Positions 9,662 to 19,306 of a stretch of 64,000 nucleotides of DNA are shown here, one piece after another. The translations under genes and the position numbers were made by a program. Source of the stretch: Candidatus Latescibacterota bacterium. GTDB taxonomy: Bacteria; Latescibacterota; UBA2968; GCA-2709665. How positions within the stretch are numbered: the first letter of the stretch is position 1; the number at the start of each line of letters is the position of its first letter. Location of the stretch: the NCBI GenBank assembly GCA_965203805.1, contig OZ241917.1, forward strand, positions 608,001 through 672,000, read 5' to 3'. The notes beneath the pieces are model-generated. The model searched no databases and had not been told where the DNA came from. It saw only the letters and a list, made by a program, of their open reading frames with translations.

Positions 9662-11230
9662 GTGAAAGGCATGGTAACCGCGCCACAACCGCTTGCGGTG
9701 GACGCGGGCGTCAAGGTGCTGGCCGATGGCGGAAATGCCGTCGACGCGGCCGTAACGGCGGCATTCGTTCAGATGGTGACCACGCCGCGCAGTTGTGGCG
9801 TCGGCGGCTTTGGCATGATGTATATCCACACGCCCCGAACGGATACGATTCTGGATTTTCACGGCAAGGCCGGCGCGCGCGTACGACCGGATATGTGGGA
9901 GCCTGAAATCGTTCGTGAGAACGCCACGGGGTACGGATACACCCTGAGGGGACGCGTCAACGAAGTCGGCTACGGCGCGGTTACAACCCCCGGTACAGTT
10001 GCCGGTCTGTACCGGGCCCAGACCGACTTCGGGAGCATGTCGTGGCGGGATGCGCTCAGGCCCGGCATCGCGGTTGCAGGGGAAGGATTCGAAGCGACCC
10101 GAGCAGAGGCGGCGTCCTGGAAACAGATCCCTACCCCGGAAACGACGCCGTGGATCACCGTGGCGACGTCACCCCGCGAGGGTGGGGGTGAGTTGATCGC
10201 CAACCCGGATATGGCCCGGACATTCTCAATCCTGGCCGAAGGCGGGGAAGACGTTTTCTATCGCGGGGAGATGGCCAGGGCAATTGCCGGCGATATGGAG
10301 CGGGGCGGCGGTTTCGTGACGCTGGAAGATCTCAATCGTTACGAGGTCACGGATACCCGGCCGCTGCAGGCCCCGTATCGCGAATATACCGTCGCCACCA
10401 ACCAGCCTCCCGGCGGGGGGCTGACCATCCTGCAGATGCTCAGGATCCTGGAGGGTTACGACCTTGCGGATATGGGCTACCTTTCGCCGGAGTACGTGTA
10501 TACCGTGTCGATGGCGATGAAGGCGGCCTGGACGGATCGGGCGAATTTTATCGGTGACCCCGCGTTCGTGGACGTACCGGCTGAATCGCTGCTTTGCGAA
10601 GAACGCGCGGCGGCCTGGCGTCAACGCATCGATGCCCGCGAGAAGATCACGATCCCGCGATGGCAGCCGCAGGAGCCGCCCAGCACCACGCACGTCTCCG
10701 TTGTGGACCAGTGGCGCAACGTGGTGGGTCTCACCCACTCGCTGGGATCGGGTTCGGACGTGATTACCCCGGGATTGGGCTTCATGTACAACAACTGTAT
10801 GAATTGTTTCAATCCGGTGCCCGGGCAGGTGAATTCGATCGAACCGGGCAAGACAAGAACGACCGGAATGGCTCCCACGCTGGTGAAACTGGGTGACGAG
10901 CCCTTCTTCAGCGTGGGCGCGCCCGGGGGAACGCGGATCGTGACCGGTATTCTGCACGCCATCCTGAACGTCATCGACCACGGCATGTCCGCCACCGAAG
11001 CGATCGCGGCCCCCCGGTTCGATTGCCAGAGTGACGCGATTGTGGCCCATTCCAGAATCGCACCCTCGATCTGTGAGGGCGTGAGGGCGATGGGCCACGA
11101 GGTCCATTCCCTGCTGAACGGTTATGGCGGGATAGCATCGGTGCACGGCATCATTCTCGATCCGGCAACGGGTACCCTCAACGGGGGGGCCGATCCCGGT
11201 TCGCCCGGAATGGCATTGGGGGTGCAATGA
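9662..11230 (+). CDS. ggt: Gamma-glutamyltransferase family protein (no signal peptide)
   Basis: GGNAVDAAV, catalytic STTHVSVVD, GAPGGTRI and GGADP. Confidence 0.92.
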   Translation: MKGMVTAPQPLAVDAGVKVLADGGNAVDAAVTAAFVQMVTTPRSCGVGGFGMMYIHTPRTDTILDFHGKAGARVRPDMWEPEIVRENATGYGYTLRGRVNEVGYGAVTTPGTVAGLYRAQTDFGSMSWRDALRPGIAVAGEGFEATRAEAASWKQIPTPETTPWITVATSPREGGGELIANPDMARTFSILAEGGEDVFYRGEMARAIAGDMERGGGFVTLEDLNRYEVTDTRPLQAPYREYTVATNQPPGGGLTILQMLRILEGYDLADMGYLSPEYVYTVSMAMKAAWTDRANFIGDPAFVDVPAESLLCEERAAAWRQRIDAREKITIPRWQPQEPPSTTHVSVVDQWRNVVGLTHSLGSGSDVITPGLGFMYNNCMNCFNPVPGQVNSIEPGKTRTTGMAPTLVKLGDEPFFSVGAPGGTRIVTGILHAILNVIDHGMSATEAIAAPRFDCQSDAIVAHSRIAPSICEGVRAMGHEVHSLLNGYGGIASVHGIILDPATGTLNGGADPGSPGMALGVQ

Positions 11231-11361
11231 ACGTTTGGGGCGAATCAAGGTTCCTGCCTGGTTTTGCTCCTCGGCGAGAGTCAATGAACCTCATTATCTG
11301 TCATTAAGGCAAGATCGGTTTTTCGTCCACCTGGACAGCCATAGCCCGGAAAGGAAACGAG

Positions 11362-12561
11362 ATGTTCGAAACGCTCGAGATGGCGCCCGCGGATCCGATT
11401 CTGGGTCTGACCGCCGCATTCAAAGAAGATACCCACCCCGATCGAATCAACCTCGGCGTCGGTGTCTATAAGGACGGCGAAGGAAACACCCCCGTTTTCG
11501 ACTCGGTGCAGCGTGCGGAAGCCCGGGTCCTCGACCGGCAGACCACGAAGGATTACCTTCAGATTTCGGGTGCGCCCGAATATGCGTCGGCAGTACAGGC
11601 CCTCTTGTTCGGCCCGGATCACGAAATCGTCACCGGACAAAGAGCGGCGACTGTACATGTCCCGGGCGGGACCGGGGGACTTCGGGTTGCCGGTGATTTC
11701 GTCCGCAAGCTGTTTCCGCGCGCAAGGATCTGGCTGAGCGATCCGACCTGGGCGAATCATCCCAACGTCTACGGGCACGCGGGTGTGGAGGTCGCGACGT
11801 ATCCCTACTTCGACAAGGAGGCAAACGATCTGGATTTCACCGCCATGCTGGATGCTCTGAGCGGGATTCCCTCAGGAGACGTCGTACTGTTGCACGGATG
11901 CTGTCACAACCCGACGGGTATCGATCCCACCCCGGATCAATGGGCGCAGATCGCCGACGTGGCCGGCGCGCGCGGCTGGATCCCGCTTGTCGATCTTGCC
12001 TATCAGGGGCTCGGGGACGGGATCGAGCGGGACAGCGCGGGATTGAGGTCGCTGTGCAGGCCGGGCGCCGAGTTGATGGTGTCCAGTTCATACTCGAAGA
12101 ATTTCGGCCTTTACAACGAGCGCGTCGGCGCGCTGACGCTGGTGGGATCGTCTTCCGAGGCGGCGCATGCGTTGTTGAGCCAGGTGATGATCTGTATCCG
12201 GGCCAACTATTCGAATCCACCGGCGCACGGAGCGGCCATCGTGACCGAGGTTCTCAACGATTCCGGTCTTCGCAGCCAGTGGGAAGGCGAGGTGCAGCAG
12301 ATGCGGAACCGGATCAACCGGATGCGGGCGTTGTTCGTGGATACCCTCGAGCGGAAAGGAGTACGGCGCGATTTTTCCTTCATCGCGAGGCAGCGGGGGA
12401 TGTTCTCGTTTTCGGGGTTGAACAGCGAACAGGTGGACGCGCTCCGCGATGAGTATTCGATCTATATGGTGGGCTCGGGGCGGATCAACGTGGCGGGTAT
12501 TACCGAGGCGAACGTCGACTATTTGTGCGAATCGATTGCCGCGGTGCTGCGGGCGCCGTAA
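11362..12561 (+). CDS. aspC: Aspartate/aromatic amino acid aminotransferase (class I, AspC/TyrB type)
   Basis: APADPILGL, INLGVGVY, HGCCHNPTG, PLP motif SYSKNFGLYNERVG, GRINVAG. Confidence 0.92.
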   Translation: MFETLEMAPADPILGLTAAFKEDTHPDRINLGVGVYKDGEGNTPVFDSVQRAEARVLDRQTTKDYLQISGAPEYASAVQALLFGPDHEIVTGQRAATVHVPGGTGGLRVAGDFVRKLFPRARIWLSDPTWANHPNVYGHAGVEVATYPYFDKEANDLDFTAMLDALSGIPSGDVVLLHGCCHNPTGIDPTPDQWAQIADVAGARGWIPLVDLAYQGLGDGIERDSAGLRSLCRPGAELMVSSSYSKNFGLYNERVGALTLVGSSSEAAHALLSQVMICIRANYSNPPAHGAAIVTEVLNDSGLRSQWEGEVQQMRNRINRMRALFVDTLERKGVRRDFSFIARQRGMFSFSGLNSEQVDALRDEYSIYMVGSGRINVAGITEANVDYLCESIAAVLRAP

Positions 12562-12649
12562 TCCCCCGTGATCGACCGATGCAGTACGGTGCCTATCTTC
12601 GTGGATTCGGTTGCGCCATGCGCAGTCGGAAAGGTCAGGTGAGTGAACG

Positions 12650-14152
12650 ATGGACCATTCGCTGTTCTGGGGAGACCTGCATACGCACTGTGGGATCAGC
12701 TACGGTTACGGCAGTCTCGAGAGGGCCTTCAGGCTGGCGAGCGAGCATCTGGACTTCTGTTCGGTGGTGGGGCATGCGACGTGGCACGACATGCCGACGG
12801 ATCGAAATCGGCACGGTTACATTATCGACTATCACAGCGAGGGATTCGCACGTCTGAGACGTAATTGGAAGATGGTGCAGGAGACGGTTGCAAAGTACAA
12901 CCGCCCGGGACGGTTCGTCACGTTTCTCGGCTACGAGTGGCATTCGTGCGCGTACGGCGACCACAACGTCTATTACCCGGGCGACGACGGCGAAATTGTC
13001 GAACGCGACAGCCTGGAGGAACTGGACGAGGCGTTTGAGGGTGAAGACGTGATGATCCACCCGCACCACATAGGTTACGGCGCGGGCTTCAGGGGGATTA
13101 ACTGGTCGCATTTCGACGCACGCCGGTCTCCGGTCGTCGAAATACTGTCCGGCCACGGGGGGTCTGAGCGGGACGGCGGCCCCTACCCCATGTATCATAC
13201 CATGGGTCCCAGGCAGTACCGGGGCACGGTCGCGTACGGGCTTGCGCTCGGGCACAAATTCGGGTTTCTGGGAGGCACCGACCATCACGGGGGGTATCCC
13301 GGACATTACGGCGAGGGAAGAACCGGCGTGTACGCGACGGCACTCACTCGCGAAGCCATATGGGAGGCGATTCGCGCCAGACGATGTTATGCGGTAACGG
13401 GAGATCGCATCGGGTTGTGTTTTTCCATCAACGACGCGACAATGGGTGAGGAGGCGTCCGCTTCCGGCGCCCGGGAAATCAGGGTGTCCGCGAGCGGCGC
13501 CGACGCACTGGACCGGATAGAGGTCGTCAAGAACAACCGGCCGCTGAAGCGGGTGTTCGGACCCGCGCCCTCGGTGGCGCCGCCCGATCCCGTGCGGGCG
13601 AAGGTGCGGGTGGAATGGGGTTGGGGCGACAAAGACGAATGGGTGCGCTGGGATGCGGACGTGCGGCTTTCCGATGGACGGCTGGTTTCGGTCGAACCCT
13701 GCTTCTCGGGCGACCCCGTGCTGGCGCCTTCGGCGGACGGCGCGGTATCGGCAACCGGCGAGGAACCCGTTCACGGCATTGTGGCGCAGGATGAACGACA
13801 CGTGGCGTGGTTTTCCCATACCCGCGGCAATGCGCATCCGTACCTGCGGGGGACAAACGCGCTGATTCTGGAATTGGACGCTCCGCACGCCGCCGCTTTG
13901 CAGTTCAGCGTCAACGGTACGTCCTGCCGCTGTCTGCTTTCGGATCTCCTGAAGGGTTCCAGGAGCGAGTTCATCCGGGGATGGCGCTCGGAGGCGATGC
14001 TCGTGCACCGTGCGGTACCCGAGGGCCAGTTGCAGGCGGCGGTGGTGTTTGAAGACGCCGGGCCGGAGCACGAGACCGATTTCTATTACGTCCGCGTGGC
14101 TCAGGAGAACAGCCAGTGGGCCTGGTCCAGCCCCATCTGGGTGTCGGGCTGA
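12650..14152 (+). CDS. DUF3604 / PHP-like metallohydrolase
   Basis: FWGDLHTH, GYEW, HPHH, GGTDHH, and C-terminal YYVRVAQ...AWSSPIW. Confidence 0.85.
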   Translation: MDHSLFWGDLHTHCGISYGYGSLERAFRLASEHLDFCSVVGHATWHDMPTDRNRHGYIIDYHSEGFARLRRNWKMVQETVAKYNRPGRFVTFLGYEWHSCAYGDHNVYYPGDDGEIVERDSLEELDEAFEGEDVMIHPHHIGYGAGFRGINWSHFDARRSPVVEILSGHGGSERDGGPYPMYHTMGPRQYRGTVAYGLALGHKFGFLGGTDHHGGYPGHYGEGRTGVYATALTREAIWEAIRARRCYAVTGDRIGLCFSINDATMGEEASASGAREIRVSASGADALDRIEVVKNNRPLKRVFGPAPSVAPPDPVRAKVRVEWGWGDKDEWVRWDADVRLSDGRLVSVEPCFSGDPVLAPSADGAVSATGEEPVHGIVAQDERHVAWFSHTRGNAHPYLRGTNALILELDAPHAAALQFSVNGTSCRCLLSDLLKGSRSEFIRGWRSEAMLVHRAVPEGQLQAAVVFEDAGPEHETDFYYVRVAQENSQWAWSSPIWVSG

Positions 14153-14264
14153 TTGCGGGAGAATCGGAAAGGGAACGTGGCGTATCGGTGGAAGCGGTCC
14201 GGGGTCAAGCCGCAAGTGATTCGGTCAATCACCGCCGGTGCATCGTCAGGAACGGAGGTCCATC

Positions 14265-15038
14265 ATGGTGCTGAAAGACCGTGTCGCCATCGTGACGGGC
14301 GGGAGTTCGGGAATCGGCCGGGGTGTCGCCCTGGAGTTCGCAAGAGAGGGTGCGGCGGTCGCGGTGGCAGACGTCCGCGAAGCGCCGAAGCAGGGCAAAT
14401 ATCACGAGCAGGAGGTTCGGACACCCACCGTTGAAGAGATACGGAAACTTGGAGGTGACGGGGTTTTCGTCGAAACCGACATGTGCGACGCCGCCGCGGT
14501 CCGGGCTCTGGTGGATCGTACCGTCGGCGCCTACGGCGGACTGGACATTCTGGTGAACAATGCCGGCATCCATATTCCCGGGAATAGCCAGACGCTGACG
14601 ATGGAGGCGTGGGACCGGGTAATGGGTGTCAACATCCGCGGCGTCTTCGTTGCGTCGAGCGCAGCGATCCCGCACCTGAAGCGATCTCAGGCAGGGAGGA
14701 TCATCAACATCGCGTCGGTGCATTCGTTCGGTGGGGGCGGGGGTCCCGCGTACGCGCCCGCCAAAGCCGGTGTGGTCAACCTGACGCGCGACCTGGCGAT
14801 GGAAGTGGCTCCCGACGGCGTCACGGTGAACGCAGTCTGCCCGGGCTACATCGAGACCGCTATTCAGGACTATCTGACGGAGGAACAGATCCGGGATGCG
14901 CTGGAAAAGACGCCGCTTCCCCGATTCGGACTGCCTAAGGATATCGGCCGGGCGTGCGTCTTCCTTGCGTCCTCGGACGCGGAGTGGATCACGGGAGTGG
15001 CGTTGCCGGTGGACGGCGGCTGGCTGGCGCCCGTTTGA
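14265..15038 (+). CDS. SDR family NAD(P)-dependent oxidoreductase
   Basis: TGGSSGIG, NNAG, YAPAK (YxxxK), VNAVCPG, VDGG. Confidence 0.95.
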   Translation: MVLKDRVAIVTGGSSGIGRGVALEFAREGAAVAVADVREAPKQGKYHEQEVRTPTVEEIRKLGGDGVFVETDMCDAAAVRALVDRTVGAYGGLDILVNNAGIHIPGNSQTLTMEAWDRVMGVNIRGVFVASSAAIPHLKRSQAGRIINIASVHSFGGGGGPAYAPAKAGVVNLTRDLAMEVAPDGVTVNAVCPGYIETAIQDYLTEEQIRDALEKTPLPRFGLPKDIGRACVFLASSDAEWITGVALPVDGGWLAPV

Positions 15039-15106
15039 GACGATATGTCAATGGTTCGCCCTGCGGGATGATTGCACGCCCACAGGGCCCGTAATTTGGG
15101 GCGACG

Positions 15107-16174
15107 ATGGAAATCCGGGCCGTCCGCGAGGACGAAATCGAGGAGACGCTCGAACTGCAGCGGCTGGTATTCCGGCCGGACGAGGGGGAAGGAGCGCTCG
15201 ATCGGTACCGGTCGTACGTACGGGACGATCCGAGCTACCGTCCCGAACAGTCGCGGGTTCTCCTCGAAGGCGGGCGAATCGTGGCGCATCTGCGGGTCTG
15301 GGATCGGGAGATCCGCGTGCGGGGCGCCCTGTTTCGAACCGGAGGCATCGGCAGCGTGCTGACCCACCCCGATTTCCGGGGCAGGGGATATGCGCGCGCG
15401 CTGATGCGGAATACAGAGGAGTATCTGCTTGGCGCCGGGTACGACGTGGGACTCCTCTTCTCGATTATCGGCACACCGTTTTACGAAGCCCTGGGCTGGA
15501 CGCCCGTCCCGCTTCCGACGTTTGCTGTCGCCATGAAGTCGGCGCCCTGCGAACGTCTGCCAACCCGTGTGCGTGCCCTGCATTTGGACCGGGATCTGGA
15601 TGCCGTGATGGCAATCTATGCACAATCTTCCGGTTGCCTGACCGGCCCCGAGTCTCGACCGAGAGAGTACTGGAGCGCCGGGCCCTCGAGGCTGCGGGGA
15701 GTATTCCCATCGTGGGGCGTGGCGCAGGATTCGGAGTTGCGGGGCTACGCGACCTTCGATGGGTCCGCCGATCGGATCTGGGTGAAAGAAGGATGCGTTA
15801 AGCCGGCACACGAAGATGCATTCGACGACCTGGCAGCGTGGATCTGCCGGTGCGCCGGCCGGCGCGGAGCGACGTGCATAAAGGGCAGTCTCCCTGCGGG
15901 CCACGGATTGGTGCGCGCGTTCGAACGGGTCTGTGGATCCGCCGCAAGGTGGAACAGCCACGATGAAATGATGTTGAAGGGGATCAACTGGCGCACAATC
16001 AGCGACAGGTTGAACGCGGATCCGCCGTTGGACCTCGCCCCGGCGGACGAGGGCGCCTTCTGGCGCGCGCTGTACGGTCAGGATTTGGAAGGCATGGATG
16101 GGGCGCTGGCGGGATGGATGGCATCGCTGCCGAAGTGCGAAGGACCCTTCTACTGGTGGAGCGATATATTTTAG
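15107..16174 (+). CDS. GNAT acetyltransferase, Eis-like
   Basis: GIGSVLTHPDFRGRGYARAL acetyl-CoA motif; FYEALGW. Confidence 0.85.
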   Translation: MEIRAVREDEIEETLELQRLVFRPDEGEGALDRYRSYVRDDPSYRPEQSRVLLEGGRIVAHLRVWDREIRVRGALFRTGGIGSVLTHPDFRGRGYARALMRNTEEYLLGAGYDVGLLFSIIGTPFYEALGWTPVPLPTFAVAMKSAPCERLPTRVRALHLDRDLDAVMAIYAQSSGCLTGPESRPREYWSAGPSRLRGVFPSWGVAQDSELRGYATFDGSADRIWVKEGCVKPAHEDAFDDLAAWICRCAGRRGATCIKGSLPAGHGLVRAFERVCGSAARWNSHDEMMLKGINWRTISDRLNADPPLDLAPADEGAFWRALYGQDLEGMDGALAGWMASLPKCEGPFYWWSDIF

Positions 16175-18000
16175 GCGATGCGCGATTCAGCCTCGTCCAC
16201 CATACCGTCCAGTATTTGCGCTGCAAGCCTGTCGATTGCGGTCTTCGTCGCCTGGAGGTTCGTTCCGCACAGGCGGGGATGGTCCACTGACGCGGCGGAG
16301 ACGTAGTATTTGATCTTGGGTTCGGTTCCCGACGGTCTGGCCGTAACGCGAGTGTGGCCGGCCGAGGTGAAGGTGAAGGCGATGACGTCGCCCATTGCGC
16401 CTCCGATTGTCCGGGTGGTTCCCGTGTGCGGGTCCAGCGCCAGGCCTTCCCTCCTGTCGAAGATCTCCACGACGTTGCGGCCGCCGATCTCTCGCGGTGG
16501 ACGATTCCGCAGGGATTCCATAATGGAAACGATGTCGCGGCTCCCCTGCGCACCGGCCCTGGACACGGACCGCTGGATCTCCCTGAAGTAGCCGTATTCC
16601 TCATAGATATCGTCCAGGTATTCCCGCAATGTGCGCCCACGGGCTTTAAACTCAGCGGCGCATTCGCACAGGAGGACGGCAGCCACGGCCGCGTCCTTGT
16701 CTCTGGTGAACGATCCGGCCAGATAGCCGTGGCTCTCTTCGGCGCCGAACAGGAATTCGGACCCGGGCGGTAGATCGGCGATGATCCGGCCGATGTATTT
16801 GAAGCCGACCAGCAGGTCGTCCACGACCCTGGCGCCGAAGGCGCGTGCGATGATGGACGTCAGATCCGTCGTAACGATTGTCTTCGCGACAACCCCGTCC
16901 GCCGGCAGTTCCCGGCGGTTCTTTTTTGCCTGCAGGAGATAGTGGCAGAGAACGACGCCAATCTGATTGCCATTGAGCGCAAGCTCCTCGAGCGGTGCGT
17001 CCCACCCGGCCCTGGAATCCGGAACGGCGCAACCGAGCCGGTCGGCATCCGGGTCGCTGGCGATCACCATATCGGCGTTGGTCTCGGCGGCTTTTTGAAC
17101 GGCCATAGCCAGGGCCCGGGGATCTTCCGGGTTGGCGACGCCTTCGGGGACCGTGGGAAAGTTGCCGTCGGGTTGCGCCTGCGAGGGTACGATGTGCAGG
17201 TCCCCGTAGCCGAGGACTTCGAGTGCCGGCAATATCGACGTCGCCCCCACCCCGTGGAGCGGCGTGTAGACCACCCGGACATCGCGTCCGGTTCCCAGGG
17301 AAAGGTCGGCCAACTCACGATGGTAGCGGGTGTCGACGATGCGGTCGAGCGTTTCGATGAGACCCTGTTCGACCGCCTGGTTGAAGTCGAGTCTTGCTAT
17401 CGTGCGTACCGAGTTGACTTCCGCGATAATATTTCTGTCGTGCGGCGGTACGATCTGGCCGCCGTCGGACCAGTACACCTTGATTCCGTTGTCTTCAGGC
17501 GGGTTGTGACTGGCGCTGATTACCACGCCGGCGACCGCGTTGGTAAGCCGGACCGCGAAGGAGAGTTGGGGGGAAGACCGACAGGACTCGAAGATTCTGG
17601 CTCGGATCCCGTTTCCGGCAAGAATGGCCGCGACCTCACCTGCGAACCCCTTTGAATTGTTGCGGGTGTCGTATGCGATGACCGCGCCGCGCCGCGGAGC
17701 ATCGCGGCCGGATTTGAGGAGGTATTGCGCGATGCCCTGCGCGGCTTCGCCGACGGTTCGCAGGTTGATGCGGTTCGGGCCCGGTCCCATCGCGCCGCGG
17801 ATGCCGCCGGTGCCGAATTCGATCCGGACGCGAAAGGCGTCTTCCAGTTCGTCCAGGTCTTCTTCCCGCACCAGGGTTCGGATGTCCTCGACGGTCGCGG
17901 AGTACCCTGGATCCCTGAGCCAGAGTGCGGCGTTCTTGCCGGCGGCCTTGGAAAGTCTGCCCTCATCGACCCAGACCCGGATCTGTCCTATCGGGTCCAT
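16171..18000 (-). CDS. pgm: Phosphoglucomutase/phosphomannomutase family
   Basis: FGTGGIRG, phosphoserine ISASHNP, metal loop DPDADR, EESHG, RPSGTEPKIK. Confidence 0.93.
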   Translation of the reverse strand: MDPIGQIRVWVDEGRLSKAAGKNAALWLRDPGYSATVEDIRTLVREEDLDELEDAFRVRIEFGTGGIRGAMGPGPNRINLRTVGEAAQGIAQYLLKSGRDAPRRGAVIAYDTRNNSKGFAGEVAAILAGNGIRARIFESCRSSPQLSFAVRLTNAVAGVVISASHNPPEDNGIKVYWSDGGQIVPPHDRNIIAEVNSVRTIARLDFNQAVEQGLIETLDRIVDTRYHRELADLSLGTGRDVRVVYTPLHGVGATSILPALEVLGYGDLHIVPSQAQPDGNFPTVPEGVANPEDPRALAMAVQKAAETNADMVIASDPDADRLGCAVPDSRAGWDAPLEELALNGNQIGVVLCHYLLQAKKNRRELPADGVVAKTIVTTDLTSIIARAFGARVVDDLLVGFKYIGRIIADLPPGSEFLFGAEESHGYLAGSFTRDKDAAVAAVLLCECAAEFKARGRTLREYLDDIYEEYGYFREIQRSVSRAGAQGSRDIVSIMESLRNRPPREIGGRNVVEIFDRREGLALDPHTGTTRTIGGAMGDVIAFTFTSAGHTRVTARPSGTEPKIKYYVSAASVDHPRLCGTNLQATKTAIDRLAAQILDGMVDEAESRIA

Positions 18001-18205
18001 TGCCACTCTTTGTTTTTGGACGCTCCTGCCGAACATGCGTCAATTCCGTTGAATACAACCAGGAAGAACCCTCATGCGTAGATGTCGAATCTCGCGTATC
18101 CTAATATATCCTTTGTAAAGCCGCGATCAACAGATAAATCGCTTGACTTTCGCAAGGCATTGTGCATATTGTCCGTAAGTGAAACAGTTATAAGGAGTTG
18201 GTCAA

Positions 18206-18886
18206 ATGACTATACTCTGTTTACTGCTGTTTGCGCTCGCCATGATCGTTCTGCCGCCGTTCCGCCTCCGGGCGCGCGGCCACAATGGCGGCGGGCGGGG
18301 ACCGGCACTGGAAATACGTTTGAGACCGTGGATCGGTCTGGCCGGTTTCCGGCTCTTCTACGCTGACGGCGGTTGGCGCGCCGGCGCGCTTCTGGGTTGG
18401 TGGGCCGTGGGGGCATCGCCGTTGACGAAGGAAGAGGGTCGGAAGAAGAAACGAAGCGGCGCAGAACGCGTCGGGACGGAGCCGGCCGAACCTGACGGCT
18501 TGCCGGCAACGGTCGAACGGCTGGCGAGGGCCTGTGTCTATATCAAAAGACAGTGGGCGCCTCTAAGACGGTCTGCGTTTCGCTTCCTGAACGGTTTTCG
18601 TCTGCGCCGCATCACATGCCAGGTCGTTTTCGGCGCATCCGATCCGGCCACGACGGGGCAGGTTTTCGGATATGGCATGGCGGTCTCGTCCATGATCGGG
18701 GCCAGGGGATTCCTGGATGTAACGCCGGATTTCACGAGACGGCGTCTGGATGGAGATGCCGAAGTGGAAATCTGGATTTATCCCCATCGACTATTGTGTG
18801 CGTTCGCGGGTATCGGGTGGCGCGCGGGGCTCGCATGGTTCTCCGAACGACGCAGCCGAGGATGGACTCTATCAACGGGCTGTTAA
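18206..18886 (+). CDS. DUF2953 domain protein (YtfI-like)
   Basis: FGASDPATTGQVFG and VTPDF motifs; AGGAG RBS; adjacent to a YtfJ-family gene. Confidence 0.7.
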   Translation: MTILCLLLFALAMIVLPPFRLRARGHNGGGRGPALEIRLRPWIGLAGFRLFYADGGWRAGALLGWWAVGASPLTKEEGRKKKRSGAERVGTEPAEPDGLPATVERLARACVYIKRQWAPLRRSAFRFLNGFRLRRITCQVVFGASDPATTGQVFGYGMAVSSMIGARGFLDVTPDFTRRRLDGDAEVEIWIYPHRLLCAFAGIGWRAGLAWFSERRSRGWTLSTGC

Positions 18887-18895
18887 GGAGGCAAT

Positions 18896-19294
18896 ATGTC
18901 TGTCGAGGATCTCATCAAAACGGTCATGACGGAATTCCGACAAATCGTGAAAGCGGAGACGGTCGTGGGTGAGCCGATCGATGTGGGCGGCACGGTTGTG
19001 GTTCCTGTATCCAGGATTTCATTCGGCTTCGGCGCGGGCGGGGGTTCGGACAAGTCGGACGGTGGCGGGAGCGGCACCGGAGGCGGGGCATCCGTCGAAC
19101 CCCTTGCATTTGTCGTAATCCGAGACGGAAAAGCCCAGATCCTGCCCGTTCGGGAGAAAGAAGGGTCCATCAAGGGATTGCTGGATCTGGCGCCGGACAT
19201 TCTGTCGAAGGTAAGAGGGTTCAAGGAGAAGCGAGACCGCAGGAAAGCCGAAACGGACGCCGAGGCAGTTTCCAACGACGACGTAAGCGCGTAG
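18896..19294 (+). CDS. ytfJ: YtfJ/GerW family protein
   Basis: TVVGEPI..G.VVVPVSRISFGFGAGGG...GGGASVEPLAFVVI. Confidence 0.88.
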   Translation: MSVEDLIKTVMTEFRQIVKAETVVGEPIDVGGTVVVPVSRISFGFGAGGGSDKSDGGGSGTGGGASVEPLAFVVIRDGKAQILPVREKEGSIKGLLDLAPDILSKVRGFKEKRDRRKAETDAEAVSNDDVSA

Positions 19295-19306
19295 GCCGGG
19301 TCAGCC

